Shown here: positions 1 to 12,404 of the stretch, piece after piece | Layout: the number at the start of each line of letters is the position of its first letter | Position numbering within the stretch: the stretch's first letter is position 1 | Assembly (NCBI GenBank): GCA_043228905.1 | Contig: JBHGNT010000003.1 | Location: forward strand, 18,662,001-18,726,000 | Source of the DNA: Azolla caroliniana | Taxonomy: Eukaryota > Plantae > Polypodiophyta | Length of the DNA stretch: 64,000 nucleotides | Direction: 5' to 3' | Notes under the pieces: model-generated | Told to the model about the DNA's origin: nothing | What the model saw: the letters and a program-made list of their open reading frames with translations, nothing else | Databases searched by the model: none | Translations under genes and position numbers: made by a program

Positions 1-2022
1 TTGAGTCAATGAGAAAGTTACACACCGACACAAATGCATGGACACACACACACACAAGATAAGCATGATGGTGTAATGCCAAAGGTAATATTTAAAGTAC
101 ACTAAAACACCAAACCATTCATTTTGAGAATAAATGAACTTGCTCAAGCTATGGTCTAGACTCTAACATTGTAGTTTTTTTCTACACAACAAAGTTTATG
201 GAGAGCAAAAGGGCCCTATGCTCTATGTAGAGTCTCACATAACATCCATTATCTAAAAAATGCTCCTAAGAGGAAGGGTGTCCTCAATTCTACTCTAAAA
301 TGGTAATCAAATGTAGTTTGGTGATAATCTATCATGATTTACTTGTTTTCTCTCTCTATTTCATCATATTCTTACCTTTTGTATCAGGGTCATAGCTAGA
401 GGCAAGCCAATTTTTTATTAACCCACTCATCCTAGCTCAAAACATGCAATGTTCATTGCTTACTAGATGCCCTTGCATATGTAGGGGTTGACCGCGTGAC
501 CTTCTAGTCTTTGTTGGAGAATATGCAAGTTTTATGCTCGTTTTTCCATTGTGAGGGTTCAAAATTTTGCTCTTCTAATGTTTTAGAAATAACTAAAGCT
601 TGAAAGTTTGACCCAATATAAATTTTCTGAATTTGAAAATATATTAGCAAGATTGTCCTATAGTTAATAAAGGCATAGTTTGATGGTGGTAATATAAGTC
701 ATAATGCATGCTAATATCTACCTACATATTCATCTATCTTTCAAAAAAGCATGTCTTTCCAAAGAGTGACGCTACTTTGTTCACTTTCACTTTTTCATTT
801 TTTTCATGAAACCTTTTCTTTTTTACATTTTGAATGTAATGCAATGTGAGAAAGTAACTTCATTCTCCAGATGTAAGTTAACTCATTTGGCAATGTTCAA
901 GTTCCATAATTGCTAAAAATGTGTATGCGCTATGTTTTCGAATACTCTGATGTATTCGACATGTATTATTTGTTTTAGAACTGCCATTTTATAGTATTTC
1001 ACATATTCCACGTATTCTAAGTGTTCAACATATTCTACATCTTTAACAAGTATTTGAAGTTTCTAAAAACTTTAAAAATGCTAAAATTAATTATAAAAAA
1101 CTTTAAAATTTAGAAAGTGTTTAATATATTTTACACATACCTAACATTGGCACCAAAGTAACCTACGGGATTGTTTCCAAGTTGTTTCTTCTTTTTAAGG
1201 GTTCAAATCCGAAGGATTCCAAAAGCTCAAAAATCTCAATGGAAGACGAAAGAAAAGGGATTGGGATTCACGAACTTTACTTTTTATGGTGCCCACGATT
1301 TTTTGTTTGGCATCTAAAAATCAATATGCTATCACATTTGTACGACCTTCTCCTTTCATTGAGGAGTTATATCCTTCTGATAAGGTTTTACTTTTACTAT
1401 CCCCATGAACCCATGTTCAATTCTACGGTCTACATATGTGCACTATTGTACTAGATGCTGATGCAAGATTTTAAAATACTTATTAAAATATATTATCAAA
1501 ACAGTTCACCAAATTTGACTTAGAATAACGATTAACACAATAGCAATTAATACCAAAACCTCTACACTAATTATAGTGTATTGAAGTTACTATAGTTAAT
1601 TGATTTAGTATTAAAATTACTTGCAAAGTTAAGCTCAATAAATTCTCCATCCCAAAGTTATGTAACAAACTCAAATGTGCTTGAAGGTGAGCATTATAGT
1701 AGAGCATGATACTCAAAGTTACCAACCTATTTGGGGTAAAGAATACATGGTTGATAACACTCCTTGTTGGAGCCCCAACACACTATCTTTTACATATTTT
1801 AGAATGTGAGCTAAGGTGTATTGAAAGGATGGTGGGAATTGCAAACAAGGGGATAGATTTTACCATGTATGAGTGCAATTTTCCCCTTTAGATAAAAAAA
1901 CAAAATGCTTCCCATATGCTTATTTTGTTTTGCACATGTTCCTAGATACTTTTTATGGCTATCTTTTATTTGGTATTAAGTACCATTCATATGCTTCACC
2001 ATGTATTCTTTATCGGCATTGG

Positions 2023-2237
2023 TGGGAGTTGGCAATGGCATGGTTAAGCCTAAATGGAGTTGTTAAATTGTTTTTAATTGGTTTGGTGGTTCGGTTCGGC
2101 TCAATTCGGGCTTGAACTTCGTAAACTGATTTAAGCTCAGTTTGGCAAGACTCAAGCTGAACCGAACCAGATCAGGCCAAACCGGTTTAAGAACTTTCAA
2201 ACCGGTTAAGTTGAAATCGAACCGTTGCCAATTCCGA
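2023..2237. mobile_element. hAT-type MITE (215 bp)
   Basis: Imperfect TIRs TGGGAGTTGGCAA / TTGCCAATTCCGA; exact 8-bp TSD GGCATTGG at 2015-2022 and 2238-2245; many AACCG/CGGTT subterminal motifs. Confidence 0.85.
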
Positions 2238-2599
2238 GGCATTGGCATGAGAAGTGAAAGAGAGAATGTAGAGCATTATAGATATTAGGATAAAGGCCTT
2301 GTGTCTACCTAATTTGAAAGGGGCCAAAACCATAACACTTTGTTCATTTTGTCTACCTAATGTAAAAAAGTATAAATGGCAAAATGATTAATAATTTAAT
2401 TCATTTTGTTCACTTTGCATCAAGTGTCATAAAATTTAGAGAACCCAAGTTCGATCCCCACCACGGGCTAGGCCTCATCTCATAGATCATAATTAGTATC
2501 TTGTGGACATTAAAAAGATATCACTTTCTCTCTCTCAAACCCTAAACGTTCATGAGACTTTTCTATCATGCCAATGTATCACAACTCGAGAAAGATGTT

Positions 2600-3080
2600 G
2601 AGGATCATGTTACACACAAGTTGTACCAAACTACAAAACCATCTAATTTTTTCGAACAATAAACCACACTCATAAATACATGTTAGAGCTTGTCACTTTA
2701 TTCAATATTGCTTCAATATGACTTATCTCACATATGTTACAAGATGTGAGATAGGGTGATGAGGCATAGGTGAGGAGACTCATCGACTATGTATATTTTT
2801 TCCTAAACTAGTGGAGTAGTCATAACATCAAACTTCGATCCAATGTGTTGCATCCAACCACATTTGAGCTTGCTTTCTACATATTGCCAATCCATCTAGT
2901 CCCTATGCACATTCCTCTCACAATTAGAAATTGCAATCTAATTGCAACATTTATCAATCAAATTCTTGAACATAGAGAGAGTCATTGCTCAATCTCACAC
3001 ATACAATACAAAAATGATTCACTTTTGGTTGCATAGATCACATTTAGCCTCCAAGGGTGATGATAATCTCTCTCTCTCTC
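2600..3080 (+). mobile_element. Decayed 3' end of an RTE/RTEX-like LINE
   Basis: Resembles the 3' ends at 7200-7560 and 60140-60420 (ATTGCAACATT...TTCTTGAACAT), ends in (CT)n; 5' boundary approximate. Confidence 0.6.
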
Positions 3081-3089
3081 CTTCATAAA

Positions 3090-4430
3090 TGTATGTTAGT
3101 AAAACAAGATGATAATACAACCCTTACTTCTTCACTACTTCATTAGTAGCGATATGGCAAGGTAAATCCTCTCAAGTGTTGTAATACTAGATGACATAAA
3201 TATTCCTCATCTCGGGACAACTTCCCCATCCAACATAGTTGCGAAAATTGCCAAATCAACTTCCCTTTAATCCTATGGAGTTGTTGTCTTACCCCCATTA
3301 AGTCCATCAAACAAGAACCCATTTCTCATGGGCCAACGAAACCATGAGAAATGGATTTAAATGTCGAGTAATGTGCCATGTATCTAAAACCTTATTTGCT
3401 GACCAAGCTCAATCTTCACCCAACTTACGGCATATATCCTTAGTGTGCACAACAAAAATCAAATTTCCAGTACCAAATGACCAATCTTTCCATGGTTTCT
3501 CAACCACCAACTTTGGAATCAGGAAAACTAGACTAGGCAATACCAATATTGATTGCCAAATATACCTATTTCCGTGTGGTATATGAAACTTATTTTAAAA
3601 TTCCCCAAAGGCCATCATTTTCCTACGTGACTCTAAGATAACATCTTTCATAGTTACCAAGCCCAACATTGCCATTCTATTGAAATGTGTGTTGAGACTT
3701 TCTTTTCCATCTCATTGTAATATCCTTAAGCACCCAACACCTCTGTTGCCAAATAATTACTATCTTTTATGCACTTAGGGGGTCTCCAAATAAACAATTT
3801 CAAACATCGTTGCCATGAAAGCACTAATTGCTAAACAATAATAGATTCTAAACATTTAAATGCACGAGTATTATTAACAACATGCCGCCACGAGGCTGTA
3901 ATTCTTGTTTTCCGATGGTATATACCAACCTTGTCCACAAAATGGCCAATTATTTCTGCCCATGGTTGGGTATCTATGTACATACCTTTTAAGAGATCGA
4001 ATCTTCGAGCCACCACATGATCTTCTAAATTTAGTAATGTGGCTCCCCCTAAACATATCAGGGTACATATTTTGTTCCATGAAGCCCAACTCGTACCAAT
4101 CTATGACTCTTTCTTCCACAATATATATTTAGGTGAGCGACCCAACTGATAATTTGACTTCTTCGTCCATGTCAATAATAGCAAAAAAATAAGAAATCAT
4201 TACCTTGTACCACATTGAGATGAGTATTAAACGACCAAGCTTGAGACTTCCAATACATAAACTTGTCCAAAATTGTGCCTTACTTCCATTTCAAACTTTG
4301 AGATGGTGCGATATCCACACCAATAGGGTAACCTAAGAGCCGACACACATTCCCTTGATCTAATATTTGGTCACACCATCCAAGATAAACCAAATCACTC
4401 TCAATGCATCTAATGAGCATCGAATTTTGT
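3090..4430 (-). pseudogene. Decayed L1-type LINE ORF2 fragment (post-RT region)
   Basis: Minus strand reads RLLGYPIGVD...LDKFMYWKSQAWSF, homologous to RHLDYPLGMN...LRDKFMYWTSQSWPF of the L1 at 16-17.7 kb; many stops; boundaries approximate. Confidence 0.7.
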
Positions 4431-4439
4431 ATATTCTCC

Positions 4440-5960
4440 CTCCCTCCCTCCCTAATCTAATCTAATATCTTGTCTTGGTGGTTTACATTGTAGCATCAAA
4501 TAGAAAGAACCCAAGTTTGATCATAATGGCCAAATGTTGAAAATCATGGCCATAGAAAGATCCCATTTCAGACCATACCACCAACAGATTAAATACTCCA
4601 AGAGAAGTTGAAAATGAGGTGATGGTCCAAATCCATGTTTTGCAAAAACACACATAAAACAAAGTTGTAGGATACAAACCGATGTCTATTGTACCACAAT
4701 CCAATAGAACAAAATAAACACTTACCACAAGCAACCAAGGAATTATTCTTTTGCTCAAACAACTCCCAAAAGCACACCCCAAACATAATTCTTTGTATAA
4801 ACATCTTTTTCTCTCAAAGTTAAATGAGAATGCCAACCCACTTGAATTACACAATACCATGGAGGTATGGGCCTATAAAAGCCTCATACATTATTAACCT
4901 TTTCCTCCATTTAACTTTACTTCCCAATAACCTTATGATAAACAAAGTTTGTTGATATCATCAAAAGACTCATATTCCCAATTGAAGTCCAATCAAAGCT
5001 CATATGATCCTTCAAATAAATCCAAAAAGCAACCTTACAACAATAATGACCCAAGAATCTCAAATATTCTTATAAATTCTTTGAACACCAAATCGCGACC
5101 TTACAATCTTAAACACCATTGATCTATTTTGTGTATCGAACATGGTATCTCATACTATTATTAATTCTAATTGAGTCATCCTATTGATTTCAAGCTAATA
5201 AGATTGCTTCCCTTCCTCACAACCTTGATGTTGCCATAATCTCCAATTGTACAGAGTTAGTATATGCTCTCTTGGATAGATGGTTCCATTTCTGCAAATC
5301 TCAACACTCGGTCCCAATTTGTCATGAAGTGATTAACAGTTAATAACTTTGTACACTTCAAATGCATTTCATAAATGACCACTCCAATAATTTCCTTCAA
5401 CATTCATACTTCCAAACCTGACCTTGTCTTTCTCAATAATAAACGCCAAATTCAATAATGTTGCTCCTCCTAGTCGTTTGGGAGTACAAATATAATCCCA
5501 TGTCAACTAGGAAATATTAGTTTTTCCTTTCACTTCCAAAAGAGCGACATAAAACTTATTACCTTTTCAATAGCCTTTATGCATTATTGAAATAATGGAA
5601 CATAACAAGAAATCATAGGGTTCATAAATGACACGTTATTTAAGCCTTACATGAGACGGCCATGATTGTGAACTTGCCCTCATAGTCTTTTGGATACTAG
5701 ATCTAGATATTTACCATGCAAGATCTTGACTCCAATAAGATATCCTAGGTTCAACAAATCTTCCCATGATTTACTACCTTTCTTGACAGCTCAAGCTCCA
5801 ACATATATTTCGGAGTTCATGAAATAAGGATTTCCACATATTATACGTCACTCCTAAAGCAATTGCATATCATTCCCACATTTATTTAGCTTTAATAAAT
5901 TTATCACACCTTGCCTTAAAAAGATATATGATCATCTACAAGAGGTTGAACAATACAACA
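4440..5960 (-). pseudogene. Second decayed L1-type LINE 3' fragment with zf-RVT
   Basis: WDYICTPKRLGGATLLNL near 5450-5500; CLFC...HRF zinc finger in ORF 4589-4804; short-repeat tail near 4440-4467. Confidence 0.7.
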
Positions 5961-5964
5961 CTTC

Positions 5965-7523
5965 CTTGATATGGTACTTTGTGAGCACCTTTGGAGGCAA
6001 ATGGAAGAACTCGAGGTGCCAAGTGAATATATACTTGCAATTTCCCGAATCTATGAGAATGTTATGTATGGTATTCGCGTACGGGTAATAGACTTTCAGA
6101 TTTCTTCAATGGCACTATTGGTGTTAAGCAAGGTGCATACTCTCACCAACTCTATTTGGGTTATGAATTGATGAATTGGAGAAATGGTGGCCAAGTTTAT
6201 AAAAGGAAGAAGGTGTTGAAGAAGTTGCCATTGGGAATGTAGTTATCATGCTTTTGTTATATGCAGATGATGTAGCGCATTTTGCAAATACTTTACGAGA
6301 TGCACAAAAGCTTATGAATCCATTGGAAATTGTTTGCATGCATACTAAATTAAGTGTCAATTACTCTAAAACAAAGATTATGCTTGTGAAGAGCCAAAAA
6401 AAAGATAAATCATGCATTATGTACAATAATGAGCCACTTGAATGTGTGGAAAGCTTCACATACCTTGGCCTTGAAGTTTGTTCAAATCATAGATGGAATG
6501 AATGTGCTACATGGCGAGAAAGAGAGCATATTATGCATTTAAGAACACATTCAATCATGGAGATATTAAGTGTTGGGTGCTCCAGGAATATCTTTTCGAC
6601 ATTTTGGTGACACTGGTGCTTCTCTATGGGGTGGAAGTATGGGGTGGTAGCATCCCTAAATCTACTTGGAAAGAGTTTGAAAATGTCCAAAAACATTTTT
6701 CTTACAAAATGTTTATAAGTTCAGAAACAAATGTCATACACCCTCCTCCTTGAGATGGGATCACTTCCCATTGAGATCATGGCCATGGAAGGGGTTGTTG
6801 AATACATGCTTAAGGTTCACAAAATTCCCTCACATCGACATTCTAGAATCACATGGGAACCAAGCAAAAAGATCCAAAGGACGCATAAAAGCAAAATTTT
6901 GTGTTCTGGTTCGATGTAGGATATGGAAAAATGGTTTGGTGGATGGGATGTAACACACTTGCTTCATGATGCGTCACTATATTTCTCTATAAATGAGGCC
7001 TTTTTATAACGCCAATGTATCGTGACATGGGACAAATGTGGAGGCTCATGCTTCACACATTATACTACACATATTGCACCTAACTACAAAACCATATTCT
7101 TTGTGGAATGGGGAAACTGTACACATCGATACATGTTAGAGCCCATCCCATTGTTCATCATTTGAACCATTACTTCCATGCAATTTAACTCACATGCATC
7201 ATACTGTTAGACGAGCGTTGGGGCACAAGTGATGAGAGTGGTTGACTATGCACACTGCCCTAAAGAAGTTCGACAATTTGAGTATCACCCTTTGATACAA
7301 TGCTCTGCCTTTGATTATATTCGACCATGCTTTTCACACATCTTCGACCACACCCAATCTTTGCATGAATTTCTCTCACAACCACAATGTGCACTCTCGA
7401 TTGCAACATTCATGGGTAAAGTTCTTGAACTTCAAGAGACACTAGTTACTTTCACATGTATTACGTGAAATGTAATATTTTTGGTCTCATCGGTCATATT
7501 TGACATTCAAAGACAATAATAAA

Positions 7524-7564
<41 letters not shown>
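5965..7564 (+). mobile_element. 5'-truncated RTE/RTEX-like LINE with degenerate RT
   Basis: LLYADD RT motif (ORF 6248-6610); colinear with 59340-60400; 3' hairpin near 7492-7505; (CT)n tail 7526-7564. Confidence 0.9.
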
Positions 7565-7568
<4 letters not shown>

Positions 7569-8570
7569 AAAGTAATGTTATGTGCTTAATGCTAAGAGTT
7601 ACAATAATCTTGAATTAATACTAATATTGATTATTGACATTGTGTATTCACTTCCTAATTAGATTTCCTTCTCTTATAATGTATTTACAAGTCTTAGTTA
7701 ATTGTATGTACTTATTAATCAAGTTAGCTCCGTAAGAGGGTGAGGAGAGGTTCATTTATATCATTAACACAAATTACAATTGCACTAGATTAAGAGTGAT
7801 TGATGACCACTTACCCATCCAGCCAACAATAGGGTAAATGAGGGTGTAGTTTACACATACGCTTCGTGAGGAGGCATAACTCTAGCTGCGATTAGGATGT
7901 GCTTTTGGGCAACACACCTAAAAGAATACAATTGGCTACGTCTAAAATACTAAAGTACTTTTGGGCTTATTGGCATTTCTTCTTAAGTTATTTTTCTTTT
8001 GAGCTACACTTATTAGTGCTTTTGCAAAGAATATGCATGAAAGAGAACAATTTTTCTATGCATGAATAGATTACTTGGCATCTCATTTGTATTTGTCTAT
8101 TGCATCATTTTAGAGCTTCATCTTTTGTAACTTCTCCTTAACCATCTTCACATACATAGGTGCTCTCTTAAATTTGATGGACAAATATGATTGTCTTGGA
8201 ACATAGTTGAACTTTACCCATTGAAGTACTTTAATACATTTAAGATGAATACAGAATGTCATATAATCTAATTCAAGAATTCTCAGACCAAGTCACAAAT
8301 TGTGTTTGCAATCCAATATACCTATTGAAAATAACTTATAGTCAAATCACACTATTTTTGCCATGTTTTTCACACATAAGACCATCAATGGCATTCTACA
8401 AAGTTACACCATTTGCTATGAGCATTCCAATACTAGTGCATACATGTAGGAGGGACTTTCCATGGTGTCCTAACTTCTTTTCATCCATGGAAGTTTGATG
8501 ATACAAGTGTATATATTGTGTGCCATGTTGCAATGTATACAAGCATTGATTTCACCAAAGACAACCAAAC

Positions 8571-8775
8571 CTCTCTCTTGGCTTTTTGAGTAAGCAATAC
8601 CATATGCTTGATTGATAAAAGGTTGATCTCTATCCAAACAAGCATATAAGTTGAAATCACAACGATAAAATTTGCACTCAACCTCTCTCTTGGCTTTCGG
8701 GGTAAGAAATACTACATGCTTGATTGATGAGGAGGTTGGACTTGATCAAAACAAGCATATAGTTGAAATCACAAT
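8571..8775. repeat. Imperfect direct repeat, 2 x ~110 bp
   Basis: CTCTCTCTTGGCTTT...ATGCTTGATTGAT...AAACAAGCATAT(A)AGTTGAAATCACAA occurs twice. Confidence 0.7.
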
Positions 8776-9000
8776 TAGAAATAGTGTCCAACTATGGCAT
8801 TGATTTGTGTCATATCATATATGTAATATATATATATATATATATGCATGCTCTCGTTGACAACAACAATAATATTTCAATCCCCTTCGATCAAACATAC
8901 CATCCTTCCTTTTCATCTTCATTGCCTTCAACCACAAACCTTGAATCCTTGAATCATTGAGAAGTACAAATATTTGATTAGTTCGTTAACTCTCCTATGA

Positions 9001-9290
9001 CAAATCCCACATTGATCAAACATATAATCATAACATTTGTGAGTTAGTCCCATATATCATGTGTCCTATTTGTTGCAAAACCTTGTTGTCTCTTCATGCA
9101 TTTTTCCATATTTAGAAACATCCTTAAGGTTGTTTTTGTTATGTACAAATCCCACATTAATGTGTATCTATTGCAATTTCAAAAATATAATCATAGCATT
9201 TGTGAGTTAATCCCATATGTCACGTTTCCCTATCTTTTGTAGAACCTTGCATTCTCTCCATGCATATTTCCATATTCCAAAACATCCTTA
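9001..9290. repeat. Imperfect direct repeat, 2 x ~130-145 bp
   Basis: CAAATCCCACATT...AATCATARCATTTGTGAGTT...AAACATCCTTAA occurs twice. Confidence 0.7.
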
Positions 9291-9444
9291 ATTAGTCTAA
9301 ATCCACATTATTTTTTGTACTCAAAATTTGCCGTTACAAAATAATGTATTATAGAGATGCACTAAAATTCATCTCAAGCCATAGGTTGCCTAATTTAGAG
9401 TTTGTATGACCTATTTAATGTTGAAATAATGTGTTCCAATCTAT

Positions 9445-9479
9445 AAAAGAAAAGAAAAGAAAAGAAAAGAAAAGAAAAG
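9445..9479. repeat. (AAAAG)n microsatellite
   Basis: Read directly. Confidence 0.95.
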
Positions 9480-10562
9480 CCAATTATGCCACAATTAGCC
9501 ATGAGAGACTGATTAGGGAGAGAAATATATAGATTTTATTATCGTGTTGGGAGGTTCAATGTGATCTATGTATGGGACCATACATTACCATTTATGGGTG
9601 TTACATGTGTGTGTAACCATACATATGCATGTATAACAATCCTAATTTTGAAAATCAGAGAAGAATACATTGTTATCCTACATGAAATTTAAACGTTGTA
9701 CCATGTCTTTGTATATGTATACATATATGAGTCTATGACCAAATAAGAACTACATCATGGAATTGATTATTTGTATAAAGATGATGGTAAAAGTACACGT
9801 CTTTTCCATATTAAGTCACTTTTTATTGACACTCATGTTAAAAGACAATTTCTTCTCTTAGAATAGTAGTTCCACAACATTATCATTTATATCTTCAATG
9901 TGTACATATAGCAATGGTAAAAAGATCACAAAAACGTTTTCCTTCACTACTAATGATTAAGCTCAATGTACTCATAACAAGGTGATGGTTACAATTCTTA
10001 CAAAGTAATACTCGTTGCAAGAGGGGGAGGGATTGATTTGCTTTGGAGGGCTAGTGTATCTATGTTTTCATTGACTGTAGAAGGGGCAAAATAATTATGA
10101 ATTATTAATACACATACCTTTTCTCACTCTCTTGCTCAAACACAAGCATGACATTCAATAACACCCAACCAATTACATTGTGTTTTTACATGTTTGTTTT
10201 TGTAAATAGTAAATATTTATCTATATAAAAACAACATAACTCAGAAACTTATTAGAGATGATCCTTGTGATAGAGTAGATTCTCCAAGTTGCTCTAAGAC
10301 TAGCTCATGGAAAGGTAAATCCTCTAGGAACAAAAGTGTTGTAGAGTTTACTTCCAACAATAGTCAAACGAACATGTTTGTTCCAGTACTACAAGAAGAT
10401 CATAAATAAAAAGCCATATCTAATACTCAACTTGTGCTATAGAGCCCGACCACCTAGACAATGTTCCTCGGTAAATATTAGTCTCCCTTGCTTGATTTGT
10501 ACACCTCATCCCTTGCACAAGGTCTATAGAGTATTGTTCCAAATTTCACCAGATCTCTTTAC

Positions 10563-10564
<2 letters not shown>

Positions 10565-10655
<91 letters not shown>
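10565..10655. repeat. (AC)n microsatellite
   Basis: About 45 AC units. Confidence 0.98.
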
Positions 10656-10656
<1 letters not shown>

Positions 10657-10744
10657 TCACTCCCAATTGCAACTCCACTCATGCCATAAAAAAACGCTTC
10701 AAAATTTTTCCTAGATGTTGCATTTGATCTTTCATCTTTTTTAG

Positions 10745-11200
10745 TTTAACCTAGTGGTAAGCGAAGTTTTTACTAACCCACATATCTAGATTCAAATCTC
10801 ACTATTCCAATTACCTTACTAGATGTTAGGGTTTGAGCAATATAAAAAGAAATGTATTATTATGATGTGAACTCTTTGTTATACAGTTACGTAATGGGAA
10901 ACCTTATGCTATAGGTAAAACTTGTATGGAGACACGTCATCTAGCAACATGGATCCACATCATTTTAAAATGGTGGTGGAGTGTGGGGTTGAACACATGA
11001 TGATCTAGTTGTTAATGAATGTTGAGGAATTGAGATTCAATAATACCTTTTATCCTAATGGTAAGAAAAAGTTTTTACCAACCACACCTCAGTTCAAAAT
11101 ATCACTATTCAACACTATTTTACTAGACTTTGGGCTGATGGCATGTAGAAGTTGAATGCACGATGATCTAATATTTATTGGACAACTTCACGAGTTGAGG
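10745..11200. mobile_element. Two tandem decayed units of a tRNA-derived (SINE-like) repeat with convergent heads
   Basis: Plus-strand TGGTAAG...TTCAAA heads near 10755 and 11058; minus-strand GGGGTTGAAC-type heads near 10985 and 11150; same layout as 57385-57625. Confidence 0.5.
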
Positions 11201-12104
11201 TTTAATAATTATCTTTTTGCCTCTCTAGCAATACTTACTGCAGATAAAGGCTTGACTATTATAATTATAAAGGGGCCAAGGATCTATTGGTTAAAGGGAT
11301 TTCGTGTATAATATTAAAAGGAAATTTATTGGTTAAATCTTTGATATATGTATAGATACTCGAGTTAATATGTTCAAGTCCACTAATGACCTTTTATGAT
11401 TACATGAAATGGTATTTTACATATACATTGATCCTATTTTTTTTGGATGAAAATTTTGTGATCACAACATGATGACGATAGCATTTTATACTTATGCTTA
11501 TGCTATTTTGTGTAGATGTGCTGGATGCAAACACGTAGAGCGGACACACTTTCATTGAGTGCTTCCATTGACACACCTAGATGGCATGTGCTCAATGTGA
11601 ACACCTAGAGCCAACACACTTTCCTGGAGTCTTTTCCTAGAGGCAAATATGCAAAGGCTTTCCTTGAAAAGAATTTTCCTGAGGCAAACACATGAAGCAA
11701 ACACACAAAGGGAACATGTGAAAGGAATATGTGAAGCGAACAGGAGAAAGGAATGCGTGAAGCAAATGTGTGAAAGGAACTTCAGAAAGGAACACACAAA
11801 AAGAGAATACCTAAAGGTTATTTCCTAAGAGATTTTCCCAAAAGGTTTGTCCAAAGGCATTACTTGAACATACCAAGTGAAAGTCTTATTGGAAATCAAA
11901 TTCTTGAAAATGATCATCTTAGAATCTCACCATCTTTCCTCATATGAGGAATCTGCAAAGGGCAAAATAATCCTTGCATTGATTGAGAAACAAAACCATC
12001 CAAAATCAAAGCGATAATTACAAGTGATATGTTTTACAAACATAAAGTTAAGAGGCCTCAAGTTTGTGCTTTCATCACACCCTCAAGAAAAGCTAAGCTC
12101 CAAC

Positions 12105-12262
12105 TAGGGATCGGCAACGGTTCGGTTTAGGCTTAGCCAGGGATCAAGCCAAACCAGTTAAGCCTAAACCGTTTTGGGGTTCTCAAACCTGAACCAAACC
12201 GGTCCCTAAACATGTTTAGGCTAAACCGGTTTGATAAACGGCTTAGAAACCGATTTGGAAAC
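12105..12262 (+). mobile_element. hAT-type terminus with subterminal repeats
   Basis: TAGGGATCGGCAACGGTTCGG terminus similar to the 2023-2237 MITE; dense AAACCG motifs; no matching right TIR found. Confidence 0.6.
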
Positions 12263-12404
12263 CTCCCCCCCCCCCCCTCTCTCTCTATGTAGTATACATT
12301 GTACAAGCTCCCTCCCTCCCTCCCTCCCTTTGTCTCTGTCTCTCTCTTTCCTCTATGTAGTCTCTCTCTCTCTCTCTCTATGTAGTATACATTTTGTTAC
12401 TTTC

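Noticed and set aside
1182-2115. Short ORFs as host exons or transposase fragments
   Set aside because: No recognisable motif or consistent splice structure
10378-10689. ORF with poly(Thr-His)
   Set aside because: Translation of the (AC)n microsatellite
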